Below, piece by piece: positions 1 through 8,480 of a stretch of DNA of 64,000 nt. This DNA comes from a virus (Duplodnaviria > Heunggongvirae > Uroviricota > Caudoviricetes): IMG/VR virus record IMGVR_UViG_2795385584_000001, positions 21,334 through 85,333 of that record, one strand, 5' to 3'. A program made the position numbers and the translations under genes. The stretch's first letter is position 1; each line of letters begins with the position of its first letter. The notes under the pieces were generated by a model. The model made no database searches, had not been told where the DNA came from, and saw nothing but the letters and a program-made list of their open reading frames with translations.

Positions 1-915
1 TGCGGTGACGAGGGTGGAGCCGTTGACGATGCCGGTTGTGGGACCGCCGTTGCCGCCGTTACCGCCCCCGGTTCCTGCTGTGCCGCCGACACCGATGGAG
101 CCGGTGATTTGTGTTGCCGTCCATGGGAAATGGACGCCGCGTTCCCAAGTTCCGTACACCCATTGGCCGCCGTCGCCGCCCTGTGCGGGGGTGAAGGAGA
201 ATTGGGCGCCGCCACCGCCGCCTCCACCGGGCAGGTACGCGTAGTCGATGTAGCGGCACCAGTACGGGATGTTGTAGGTGTAGGACCCGGTGGCCGTGAT
301 GTCGGTGCGTACCGGGGACATCGCCGGGAACGCCGCCCCGCACTGGAGGCTGCCGGTTGCGGCGAATGCCGCACCTAGTTGGTACTTCTGGGCTACCTGG
401 ACGGCCAGTGTGCCTGCACCGGCAAGGGCCGCGCCCAGCGCGTACGCCTGGGCCACCTGCGCCGCCAGCGTGCCCGCGCCGCCAAAGGCTGCGGGCCGGG
501 TGAACTGTTGGAGCAGTTGCGCCGACAGTGTGCCTGCACCGGCAAGTTGGGCTAGACGGTCCAGGCGGACTCGCGCATCTACCGACATGTTGCCGGTACC
601 GGCCATGGCCGCTGCGCGCTGGTACAGCTGCCGGACATCGGCGGCTAGTGCGCCAGCTCCCCTGAATTCCGCTGCCCGGTCGTATATCTGGGATACCGCG
701 GCGGCGAGCGTGCCTGCACCCGCCATGTCGGCACCGACGGTGTACACCTGTGCGACCTCGGCGGCCATGGTGCCCTCAGCGTGCAGGGCCACGGTCCGAT
801 CTGGTATCCAGAACCAGCCCGTGACCGCCTCTGGTGGTTCAGACGGTGGGGGTTCTTTCCACCAACCCAGCTGCGGCTCCGTAGTTTCCGGTTGCGGGTT
901 GGTGGTCCAACTCAT
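1..915 (-). CDS. minor tail protein, 5' portion only (C-terminus beyond window start)
   Basis: Open minus frame from ATG at 915 to the window edge. Ala-rich 20-aa tandem repeats followed by a Gly-rich region. Not in ORF track because no stop lies in the window. Confidence 0.5.
   Translation of the reverse strand, partial: MSWTTNPQPETTEPQLGWWKEPPPSEPPEAVTGWFWIPDRTVALHAEGTMAAEVAQVYTVGADMAGAGTLAAAVSQIYDRAAEFRGAGALAADVRQLYQRAAAMAGTGNMSVDARVRLDRLAQLAGAGTLSAQLLQQFTRPAAFGGAGTLAAQVAQAYALGAALAGAGTLAVQVAQKYQLGAAFAATGSLQCGAAFPAMSPVRTDITATGSYTYNIPYWCRYIDYAYLPGGGGGGGAQFSFTPAQGGDGGQWVYGTWERGVHFPWTATQITGSIGVGGTAGTGGGNGGNGGPTTGIVNGSTLVTA
361..780 (-). repeat. 7 tandem copies of a 60-bp coding repeat (20-aa unit like GAGTLAAQVAQAYALGAALA)
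   Basis: Period-60 repetition is visible directly in the sequence; it lies inside the minor tail ORF. Confidence 0.8.
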
Positions 916-1074
916 CTACGGACCGGCGAATCCGATGCAGGAGACCATCTGACCGTCTGCGTCGTTGGTGCCGGTGATCTGAATCCAGGACGGGTTGAGC
1001 TTCCCGTCTGGGTCCAGGCCGCCGCGCTCGGCGGTGAAGGTGATGCCGGGTAGTTCGGGCATGGTGAACGTGGT
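916..1074 (-). CDS. small hypothetical protein (52 aa)
   Basis: ATG start (MTTFTMPELPG) abuts the upstream gene stop; its own stop abuts the next start. Confidence 0.3.
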   Translation of the reverse strand, partial: TTFTMPELPGITFTAERGGLDPDGKLNPSWIQITGTNDADGQMVSCIGFAGP

Positions 1075-1099
1075 CATCGCTGATGCCTCTCTCGGGTCG

Positions 1100-3616
1100 T
1101 TATGCGATACGGCGGCCATCGAATGTGGCGATGCCGGACAGGGCTGTGATGCTTCGTGACACAACGGTTTCCGAGCCGGTCGAGCCGTTGGACCGTACGT
1201 CGTAGTCGACCGCGATAAATCCCGGCTGCACCACATCTCCCGCCACCAGCGGGATCTCGAAAGGGCAACCTGAGGGAATGGCCCCGGTGATGCGGGTGCC
1301 GTTCTTGTACACCACCCAATAGGGCACAGACGTGCCCTTGGCGGTGACCGATCGGTACGTCGTGCTGATGCGGTACAAGCCGGTGGTGGCGATCTCGATA
1401 CGTGCCGTTCCTAAGTCGTCGAGAGTGACGTCGGTGGTGTAGTCGTTGAATGTGAAGAACCCCGACGGGAACGCCCCGGAAGAATAGGGGCCATAGGTGA
1501 CGTCGGCGGTGCTGTCGCGTCTGATGCTCCATGAATTCGACATCGAGAATCCCGCTCCCGCTGAGGTGTAGTCGGACATCGCGAACGCGGCGATGCGGTA
1601 GGAGTCGTAGGTGAAAAACGGGCTTGCCCGCTGCACGCTGAACATCGAATACCGGTACGCGGCACCGATGTTGATCGTGTTGCCCGCGTCGGTGGCGGAG
1701 AGGATTTGGCGGCCGTTGACGCGCACGAAGTAGTTGGTGCCTGAGCAGCGGATCTCGATGCGCGCGCCCTGCTTGACCGCTGAGAGCCCGGTTTGCAGTG
1801 TCAGCGGCGTGTTGAACGACCAGCTGCTACCTGAGCGGGTGAACTTGCCGATACGGATCTCGCCCTCTTTGGCGAGGCAATAGGCGCCCTGTGTGCGGCC
1901 CGAGTCGCATCGGATGTAGACGCCCGAGTAGTAGTTGCCGTTCTGGGTGTCGCCCAGCACAAAAGAGGCTGATTGGCCGTCGGTGGCGTAGGTGTAGTTG
2001 GGGCTGGCGAAGAAGTACCCGTCAGGGTTGCCGTTCTTGACCCCCGCATAACCGGAGTCCCCGCGGATGGTGATGTCGCCAGCGGTCGGCCCGGTGGTCC
2101 AATCAGTCGAATTCAGGGCGGAGCCGTCAGCGCCGGAGAACACGAAGCTGTAGCTGTTGCCGCCACCGGTGTTCTGCTCGGTCTCCTGTTCCTGCAACGT
2201 GGTCTGGGCCGCGATAGCGCTTTTGAGCGCGTCCTGCGACAGGCCGAGGAGGGACAGTAGGGAGTCCTTGGCCTGGTTGATCTGATCGGCGATGGTTCCC
2301 GTTGTGCCGGTGGTTGTTCCGTCGGCGCCCGTCTTGACCCCGGTAAGCATGTTGCCGAGGTTGCTGACCAGATCGTTGACCCGGCTCATGTCGAAATTGC
2401 CTACGACGTCGCCTGCGTTCAGTGTTCCGCCGCTGGTGAGCTTCTGAGTCTTGTTGTTACTCAGCCCGAACCAGTCCTTGACGGCCTGGATGGTCGAGTT
2501 GATAGGTGTGACGACAAGCCCTGCGAAGATGTCCCGTATCTGGTTCAGCTGGGCGTTGAGGTCGGGTAGGTCCGTGACCTTGGTCTGCGGGAGGAGTGGA
2601 ATGTTGCCCAGGCCGAGCAAGCCCAGGATCTCTGCGGCATCGATCTTGCCGTCGGCGGTGATGGCCGTGAGGCGGTTTTGGACGTCGCCGATTTCGGCGT
2701 TGACCTGTCCGGCGACGGTGTCGAAGAACTCCTTGAAGCGGTCCAGGCCGACCTTGTGTGCCAGCTCCTCTAGGGCGTTGCCTATGTCGGTGCCGAACTG
2801 CTCTAGCTGGGTGACGAGGTCCTGCACGTAATCCTGCGGGAGCTTGCCGGTCTTCCAGGTATCGGCGTCGTCGAACCACACGGTGCCCGCGGTGACGTCA
2901 CCTGTAACCAGCAGCGTGGTGCGGATCTCGTCGACTCCGGTGTCGGGCACGGTGTAGGTCCCGTGTAGTTCCACCCATCCGCTGCTGTCGGCGGCCGACG
3001 GCTGGTGTTGTGCAACGACTGTGGATGCGACAGGGTTACCGGCGAGGTATGAGGTGATGACCAGCCGGATGGGGTTGGTGCCAGCAGCTGCCGCGAGTCC
3101 CTGCCAGCGGGTGAACGCCTCCAGCTCCAGGTGCTGCTTCTTGGCCACCGGTATGGCGTTGGAGTGCAGGTACTTTGCGGTGCCCGACATGATCGCCTTG
3201 ACCGATCCCAATGGGCTGGTGCGGCCAACGGTGCCGTCCCACAGCCAGTCTGGGTTGTCCACAACCGCGGCGTCGGTGTCGAAGCCGCCGTTGAGGAGCA
3301 GATTCGGGAACCATTCGCCGATCTGCGACAGGGGGATAAGCGGCAGCAGTCCGGGCTTGATCCATGACAGGACGTTGGCGATGCCCTTTTTCAGCTCGTC
3401 GAGCCACTCGATGATTTCGGGGATGGGGTTGGTGGCGATTCCCAGCAGCGAGTCGATGAGCCGCTGGAGTTCCTTCTGGATCATCACCGGGAGCTGCTTG
3501 AGGACGTCGCCGAGGTTGGTGATCGTCTTCTTGAGGGCCGGGTCCTGGGCTAGTTGGTTGGTCGGGTCGTATTCCGTCTTGAAGTTCTGCGGGACCAGAT
3601 CGACTGACCGAGGCAT
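1100..3616 (-). CDS. minor tail protein (large, Gly/Thr/Ser-rich)
   Basis: Long ORF downstream of the tape measure protein in the tail module; start at MPRSVDLVP is coupled to the upstream stop at 3616. Confidence 0.55.
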   Translation of the reverse strand: MPRSVDLVPQNFKTEYDPTNQLAQDPALKKTITNLGDVLKQLPVMIQKELQRLIDSLLGIATNPIPEIIEWLDELKKGIANVLSWIKPGLLPLIPLSQIGEWFPNLLLNGGFDTDAAVVDNPDWLWDGTVGRTSPLGSVKAIMSGTAKYLHSNAIPVAKKQHLELEAFTRWQGLAAAAGTNPIRLVITSYLAGNPVASTVVAQHQPSAADSSGWVELHGTYTVPDTGVDEIRTTLLVTGDVTAGTVWFDDADTWKTGKLPQDYVQDLVTQLEQFGTDIGNALEELAHKVGLDRFKEFFDTVAGQVNAEIGDVQNRLTAITADGKIDAAEILGLLGLGNIPLLPQTKVTDLPDLNAQLNQIRDIFAGLVVTPINSTIQAVKDWFGLSNNKTQKLTSGGTLNAGDVVGNFDMSRVNDLVSNLGNMLTGVKTGADGTTTGTTGTIADQINQAKDSLLSLLGLSQDALKSAIAAQTTLQEQETEQNTGGGNSYSFVFSGADGSALNSTDWTTGPTAGDITIRGDSGYAGVKNGNPDGYFFASPNYTYATDGQSASFVLGDTQNGNYYSGVYIRCDSGRTQGAYCLAKEGEIRIGKFTRSGSSWSFNTPLTLQTGLSAVKQGARIEIRCSGTNYFVRVNGRQILSATDAGNTINIGAAYRYSMFSVQRASPFFTYDSYRIAAFAMSDYTSAGAGFSMSNSWSIRRDSTADVTYGPYSSGAFPSGFFTFNDYTTDVTLDDLGTARIEIATTGLYRISTTYRSVTAKGTSVPYWVVYKNGTRITGAIPSGCPFEIPLVAGDVVQPGFIAVDYDVRSNGSTGSETVVSRSITALSGIATFDGRRIA

Positions 3617-5019
3617 TAGACCGGCATGACCTCGACGTACAGCTGGGCGTTGGCCTTGTCGAACAGGTAGGCACCGGCCAGACCGTCGTTGTAGAGGTTG
3701 ACGTAGACGGTGCCCTGGTTGCCGGTGTGGTTGGCGGGCACCAGGGCGTAGGTGTTGTCCGGCGTGATGGCCATGGTGGGGTCCGACGGCGTCGACGCGT
3801 GCGGAGACATGTGCGCCCACTGGGAGGTGTTACCGAAGCCGCGGGCGATGAGTTGGCCGGAGGTGGGGTGTCCCAGCCGCACCTCGCAGCCGATGATGAG
3901 CGGGTCCTGATCTAGCTCCACACCGGTCGCCTTGATCTTCCCGAAGACAATCGGCTTCCACGGGAATGGTTGCGCGGGAATGGCAAACGACCCGATGGGT
4001 GCACGGGTGGAGAAGCCCTGGAAGTTGGTGAAGGCAGCTTCGGGCACCGTGAACGGCCTGGGCAGGATCGACCCAATGGACATGGGCCGCCACTTGCCGG
4101 ACGCCCCGATGTTCTCGTCGAAGCCCAGAACCTGGAGGTGTTGTGGCGGGGTGGACATATCGACGTCCGGGGCCTGCCCGAGGCTGGCGGCGGGACCTTG
4201 CGGGCCGCGCGGGACCTTCAAGTACAGGCGGCACGAAGGCGCGTATGGGGAGCCGGTCTGGTGCACGTAGGAGTCTTGGGCGCCCTCCGGCGGGAGAAGC
4301 TCAACGCTCCAGCTGATCTGGGGCACCGGCCCTGGGGGGCCTTCCGATCCCATCATGAGGATTCGGTATTCGGTGCCGAACCAGATGTAGGCGCGAGACC
4401 CGATGAGGTTGGTGACGCCCTCCTGCTCGGTGGTCACCACCACTGAGGGGCTGGTGCCACCGGTGGGCGTGCCGTTCATCTGTGGCTGCCCGATACCGGC
4501 CTTGGAACCGGCGAAGGTCACCGTGTATGGACCGCCGGGGTTGCCGACGACCTCGACGTCGCCGGTGGACACGTTGGGTAGGGCAACGAGCGCGTCCTCG
4601 AATGCCTGGGCGGTGGCGTTACCGGCAATGGATGCGGTCGGCTGGCCGTCGTACGCGATGGTGAAGGAGGTGGGGGCGCCGTTCAGTGTCACCGTCTGGA
4701 CCTCGTTGACGGTGGCGTAGTGGTTCATGATCCAGTACTTGCCGATGTCCTCCTCGATGTCCTGGAGGTTGGTCGGCAGGTCCTCGGGGTCGTCGATCAT
4801 CGACTTCTGGAGGCGCAGCGCGAAGGCGTTGGTACCGGCCGGACCCTGTGGCCCCATGAGCGCTGGCACTACCAAAGTTGCCTGGTCGCCTTGGATTTCC
4901 ATGGTGACCGCGTACTGATCCGGTGTCGCCCCATCGGACACCACGGCGTAGATGTGGGTGTTCGTCAGCAGGGACTTGAGGTACACCATCAGGCCGATGG
5001 GTGGTACCGGTGAAGTCAT
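3616..5019 (-). CDS. minor tail protein
   Basis: 467-aa ORF in the tail module, translationally coupled to its neighbours. Confidence 0.55.
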   Translation of the reverse strand: MTSPVPPIGLMVYLKSLLTNTHIYAVVSDGATPDQYAVTMEIQGDQATLVVPALMGPQGPAGTNAFALRLQKSMIDDPEDLPTNLQDIEEDIGKYWIMNHYATVNEVQTVTLNGAPTSFTIAYDGQPTASIAGNATAQAFEDALVALPNVSTGDVEVVGNPGGPYTVTFAGSKAGIGQPQMNGTPTGGTSPSVVVTTEQEGVTNLIGSRAYIWFGTEYRILMMGSEGPPGPVPQISWSVELLPPEGAQDSYVHQTGSPYAPSCRLYLKVPRGPQGPAASLGQAPDVDMSTPPQHLQVLGFDENIGASGKWRPMSIGSILPRPFTVPEAAFTNFQGFSTRAPIGSFAIPAQPFPWKPIVFGKIKATGVELDQDPLIIGCEVRLGHPTSGQLIARGFGNTSQWAHMSPHASTPSDPTMAITPDNTYALVPANHTGNQGTVYVNLYNDGLAGAYLFDKANAQLYVEVMPV

Positions 5020-5631
5020 CTAGTCCTCCTTGGGACGGGGTGCGTCGGTGTAGCGGACCTCTGGTTTCGTGTGCCACTCGGCGGTCAAGACCGGCCCCTC
5101 GCCGTCGCGGCGTGCCGCGAGGCCGCGGACGTCGGGTGGGCGGAGTCGGTCGTCGCTGTAATCGCCTGGCTGTAGGTCTCTTTCGGCATCGTCGGGGGCG
5201 TTGACGTCCACCCATGCGCACGCGTTCTCGTAGATGCCTGGGCCGTGCATGCGCCGCTTCTTGATGTGGGCGGCGGCGGTGCGGCGGAATCCGTACAGCA
5301 CTGCGGTCCAGGCGATTGCGAGGATGGTGGCGGACATGTGGTTGAGGTCGTGGACGCGCCCGTTCTGATCGACTGGGTACTCCATGACCTCCAGCAGCTC
5401 CAGGTATGCGCGCTGTATCTCACGCATTTCTGCGACCTTCGCCGCCTGCTCGATGTCCAGTCCGGCGTCGAGTCCGACCTGCATATCTGGTGTGAGGTCG
5501 CCATTTTCGGCGTCGTCAGCTGCCGCGCAGACGGCAAGGTCGCGGGGCGAAAGCGTCGCAGTGTCGGCCGCCGTTGGGGGCACCTGGTCTGCCGGTACGC
5601 GGTGTGCCTTGCCTGGCCGGTCGGCGGCCAT
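5020..5631 (-). CDS. hypothetical tail-module protein with one TM helix
   Basis: Start MAADRPGK overlaps the upstream stop; hydrophobic segment ILAIAWTAVLYGF. Confidence 0.4.
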   Translation of the reverse strand: MAADRPGKAHRVPADQVPPTAADTATLSPRDLAVCAAADDAENGDLTPDMQVGLDAGLDIEQAAKVAEMREIQRAYLELLEVMEYPVDQNGRVHDLNHMSATILAIAWTAVLYGFRRTAAAHIKKRRMHGPGIYENACAWVDVNAPDDAERDLQPGDYSDDRLRPPDVRGLAARRDGEGPVLTAEWHTKPEVRYTDAPRPKED

Positions 5632-7466
5632 CAGAAGATGGTCCCTTCGCCGAGGAATTGGGACAGCGTTGTCCAAACGGCCTGCAATGCACGAAGACCC
5701 CGCGCTGCGGGGTCTTCCTTGTCGCTGTCATCGCCGATGGCCAGTTGCACTGTGACTGGCTCACTTCGGGACCATGTCCGCTTTATCGCAGTGATCTGGT
5801 CGACGAAGATGATGCCGCCCTGCTCGAACCCGGCCCGGTCGCCCAGGCCGATGTCGATGTCTATGGCGTGTGGTCGGCCGTTGACGACCTTGACCGTAAA
5901 GCCCTGCCAGGCACGGGTTTTGTAGTGGCCGACGCGCATGGTGACGACACCGGACAGGGTGTAGGCGGTGCCGCCGCCCTTCTCGAAATGCTCCTGCCAG
6001 GCCATGTCGCCGGTCCAGAGCGCGCGGCGCGGATCAGTGAAGCGCATCCACGCCAGCAAAGTGTTGTCCAGCTGGCCTTGGTAGAGGTTGTCCAGACCTT
6101 CGGTGCCCGGCTGCTGGTAGGCACCTATTGCATAGTTGATTACCTGCGCCAGCTGCGACAGCGCGTATCTGATAGCAAATGTCTGGGCTTGGTTGACAAT
6201 CTGCGGGCTGCGGGAGCCCGTCATCACCGTCTTGACTGGACCCTTGTGTTGTCGGCGTTCCGATTCGATGATTCCGCTGAATTGGCCGTCGTACCAGATG
6301 GTTTTAGGCTTCTCGGGTGCGACGCCGAGCAGCTTTCGGAACACCGGATCGGTCTCGCCGTCACCGTCCTCATCGAGGTTGATGAGGGTTTCGGTGATCA
6401 TGTCGTCCAACGTGGCGCCGATGAGGTTGATGACGCCGTCGGCCGCTGTTCCGGTTGGGCCGGTCACGCCCGACTTGTCTTCGATGGCGAAGACGATGCA
6501 GTTGCGGTGCGGCCTGGTGGCGTCGTTGACCGCGTCCTCAGCGACGGTGCCGCGCACCAGGTCTACGAGTTCGGTATGCGGAGAGTCCTTGTCTTCCTTG
6601 AGCCAGGTGTAGGCGCGGAAGTCGCAGCCAGCGTCCTTCAACATGTCGTTCATCGCCGAGTGCCAGTCGGTCCATGCCGCGCCGATGACGGAGAGGCGGG
6701 ACTGATCGAGGATGGGGTTGACGAATGCGACTTGCAGTGGCCAGGACAGCGGGTCGAGTCCGCTGATGCCGCCGTTGAGCCAGCCGAACGGGTTGAAGAC
6801 GTTGGTCGGGATGGACAGGAGCGGGAAGAACAGGCGCGCCAGGTTGATGAACATGGACGCGGACAAGATGGTGCGTGTATTGCCTGGTAGAACCCACATT
6901 TTCGGCAGCTGAACCTCGGGAGGAAACACGGGGTTAGCGGCAAAGAGCAGGTTCTTTGCGTGCTGCCGGTTACTGATCGCCTCCAGTTCCAGCGTGTGGA
7001 CGCCGGACGAGTCGCGCTTGGCGTTGATGCCGGTGACCTTCCCGCCCCACCGGGTCCGCCAGGTTGGCTGTGTGGGGATGGGGTCGACGACGAGGTGCAG
7101 GTCCTCGTGGATCTTCGTCTGCTGGAGGATGAAGTCGGTGAGCCAGTTGTCGTACCGCAGTACTACATTCGCCTGACCAGAGTCCGAGTTCATCTCTTCG
7201 ACCGACGCCAGCCGCTCGCCCGCGATCTGGGCGATGGGGTCCATGTTCTTGTCGAAGAGGCGCAGCATGGGGCGCTGGCGTGCCGCACCTTCAATGGCGT
7301 CACGTCGGCCGCGCAGGTACTTGTAGGCCGACATGGGGTCTGTGGCCGGGTCCGGCTTGGTCGGCCGGTTCATCGTGTCTACGAGGGCGTCGTTGAGCCA
7401 GCGCGTGAACTCCAGTGGCGCTGTGGTCAATCCGTGCTGTACGCCATCTAGGAGTGCGCTAGTCAC
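5631..7466 (-). CDS. minor tail protein
   Basis: 611-aa ORF, second gene after the tape measure protein. Confidence 0.55.
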   Translation of the reverse strand: MTSALLDGVQHGLTTAPLEFTRWLNDALVDTMNRPTKPDPATDPMSAYKYLRGRRDAIEGAARQRPMLRLFDKNMDPIAQIAGERLASVEEMNSDSGQANVVLRYDNWLTDFILQQTKIHEDLHLVVDPIPTQPTWRTRWGGKVTGINAKRDSSGVHTLELEAISNRQHAKNLLFAANPVFPPEVQLPKMWVLPGNTRTILSASMFINLARLFFPLLSIPTNVFNPFGWLNGGISGLDPLSWPLQVAFVNPILDQSRLSVIGAAWTDWHSAMNDMLKDAGCDFRAYTWLKEDKDSPHTELVDLVRGTVAEDAVNDATRPHRNCIVFAIEDKSGVTGPTGTAADGVINLIGATLDDMITETLINLDEDGDGETDPVFRKLLGVAPEKPKTIWYDGQFSGIIESERRQHKGPVKTVMTGSRSPQIVNQAQTFAIRYALSQLAQVINYAIGAYQQPGTEGLDNLYQGQLDNTLLAWMRFTDPRRALWTGDMAWQEHFEKGGGTAYTLSGVVTMRVGHYKTRAWQGFTVKVVNGRPHAIDIDIGLGDRAGFEQGGIIFVDQITAIKRTWSRSEPVTVQLAIGDDSDKEDPAARGLRALQAVWTTLSQFLGEGTIF

Positions 7467-8480
7467 CTACCGAGACCTCTTATAGCGTTGCGGCAGTATC
7501 GCGGTGATCTTGGCATTGGGGTTGCTGTGCTTGACCCGGATCTGCGCGACGTGCCTGGATGGGACTGATGCTTGGAACCGCTTGTCGAATCGCTTCCACA
7601 CCGGCTCACCGGTGGCTGCCAGGTCGTGCAGTAGGAAGTCCAATATCTTTGAGCGCCTGGCGATCTGGTAGAAGATGTTGTCGACCGGGTCGTTGGATGC
7701 GGTGAGTGTCCGCTCCTTGGGGTCGGTGTCGACGAGGACGTATCCGTCGGATGGGGCGATCAGGGGTAGCTCGACCATGCGTCCGCTGTCGCCGTCCTCA
7801 ACCCAGCACCGCCCGGGCGGGACTATGAATTGGGTGTAGGACTCCAGGTCGCCACGGTTGGGCAAGACGATGATGCCTTCGCCGTCGCCACCGAATTGTG
7901 CTGCGGTGGCGGGGTTGTTCTGCCACGTCGCCCAGATGGACGGCTTGCTGTAGTAGGGCTTCTGGGCCAGCCACTTCATCGGCCACTTGGCGAAGTTGTT
8001 GCCGAAGGCTACGGGGTCGCGCTTCTGGCTGCCGCCTACGGTCTGGGCGGGCCGGACCCTGATCCATCGCCAGCCGGAGAAGCGGGTATAGATGCCGAGC
8101 CATCCGTCACGGTTCTCGTCTTGGCCTCGGAACCAGCGGTCCTCAGCCATCCGGTACTGGAAGTTGTTGAACGGCACTCCCTTACCGCCGATGGAGACCG
8201 TGAAGTTGATTTCTCGTTTGAGGATGTTGGCGCGTTCGACGGTTGCCCCAAGCTCATAGGCGCCCTCGGTTAGCAGTAGCTCAAACGGCCAGTGGTGCTC
8301 GCCCTCAATGTCTTCGGACAGCTGCACGCCCTGACGTCCGGCGTTGATACCGCCGTACATGTCGGTGAAGTCGCCATCGGGCGAGATGTGGACTATCCGG
8401 GTGTCGAGCCCCTGGAGGGCCTTCGGCAGCTTGTCCCATTGGTCGTAGGCGGGGATCTCGGACTGCCGGATGAACCTCAC
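7467..8480 (-). CDS. minor tail protein (distal-tail position)
   Basis: 337-aa ORF immediately after the tape measure protein, overlapping its stop. Confidence 0.55.
   Translation of the reverse strand: MRFIRQSEIPAYDQWDKLPKALQGLDTRIVHISPDGDFTDMYGGINAGRQGVQLSEDIEGEHHWPFELLLTEGAYELGATVERANILKREINFTVSIGGKGVPFNNFQYRMAEDRWFRGQDENRDGWLGIYTRFSGWRWIRVRPAQTVGGSQKRDPVAFGNNFAKWPMKWLAQKPYYSKPSIWATWQNNPATAAQFGGDGEGIIVLPNRGDLESYTQFIVPPGRCWVEDGDSGRMVELPLIAPSDGYVLVDTDPKERTLTASNDPVDNIFYQIARRSKILDFLLHDLAATGEPVWKRFDKRFQASVPSRHVAQIRVKHSNPNAKITAILPQRYKRSR

Noticed and set aside
5574-6890. Long plus-strand ORFs overlapping the minus-strand tail, capsid and tape measure genes (e.g. 5574-6890, 9182-10630, 16213-18276, 35803-36444)
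   Set aside because: Antisense to long minus-strand genes that carry recognisable motifs and operon coupling. High GC suppresses stop codons and the translations are Arg/Gly/Pro-rich low-complexity. Treated as artefacts.
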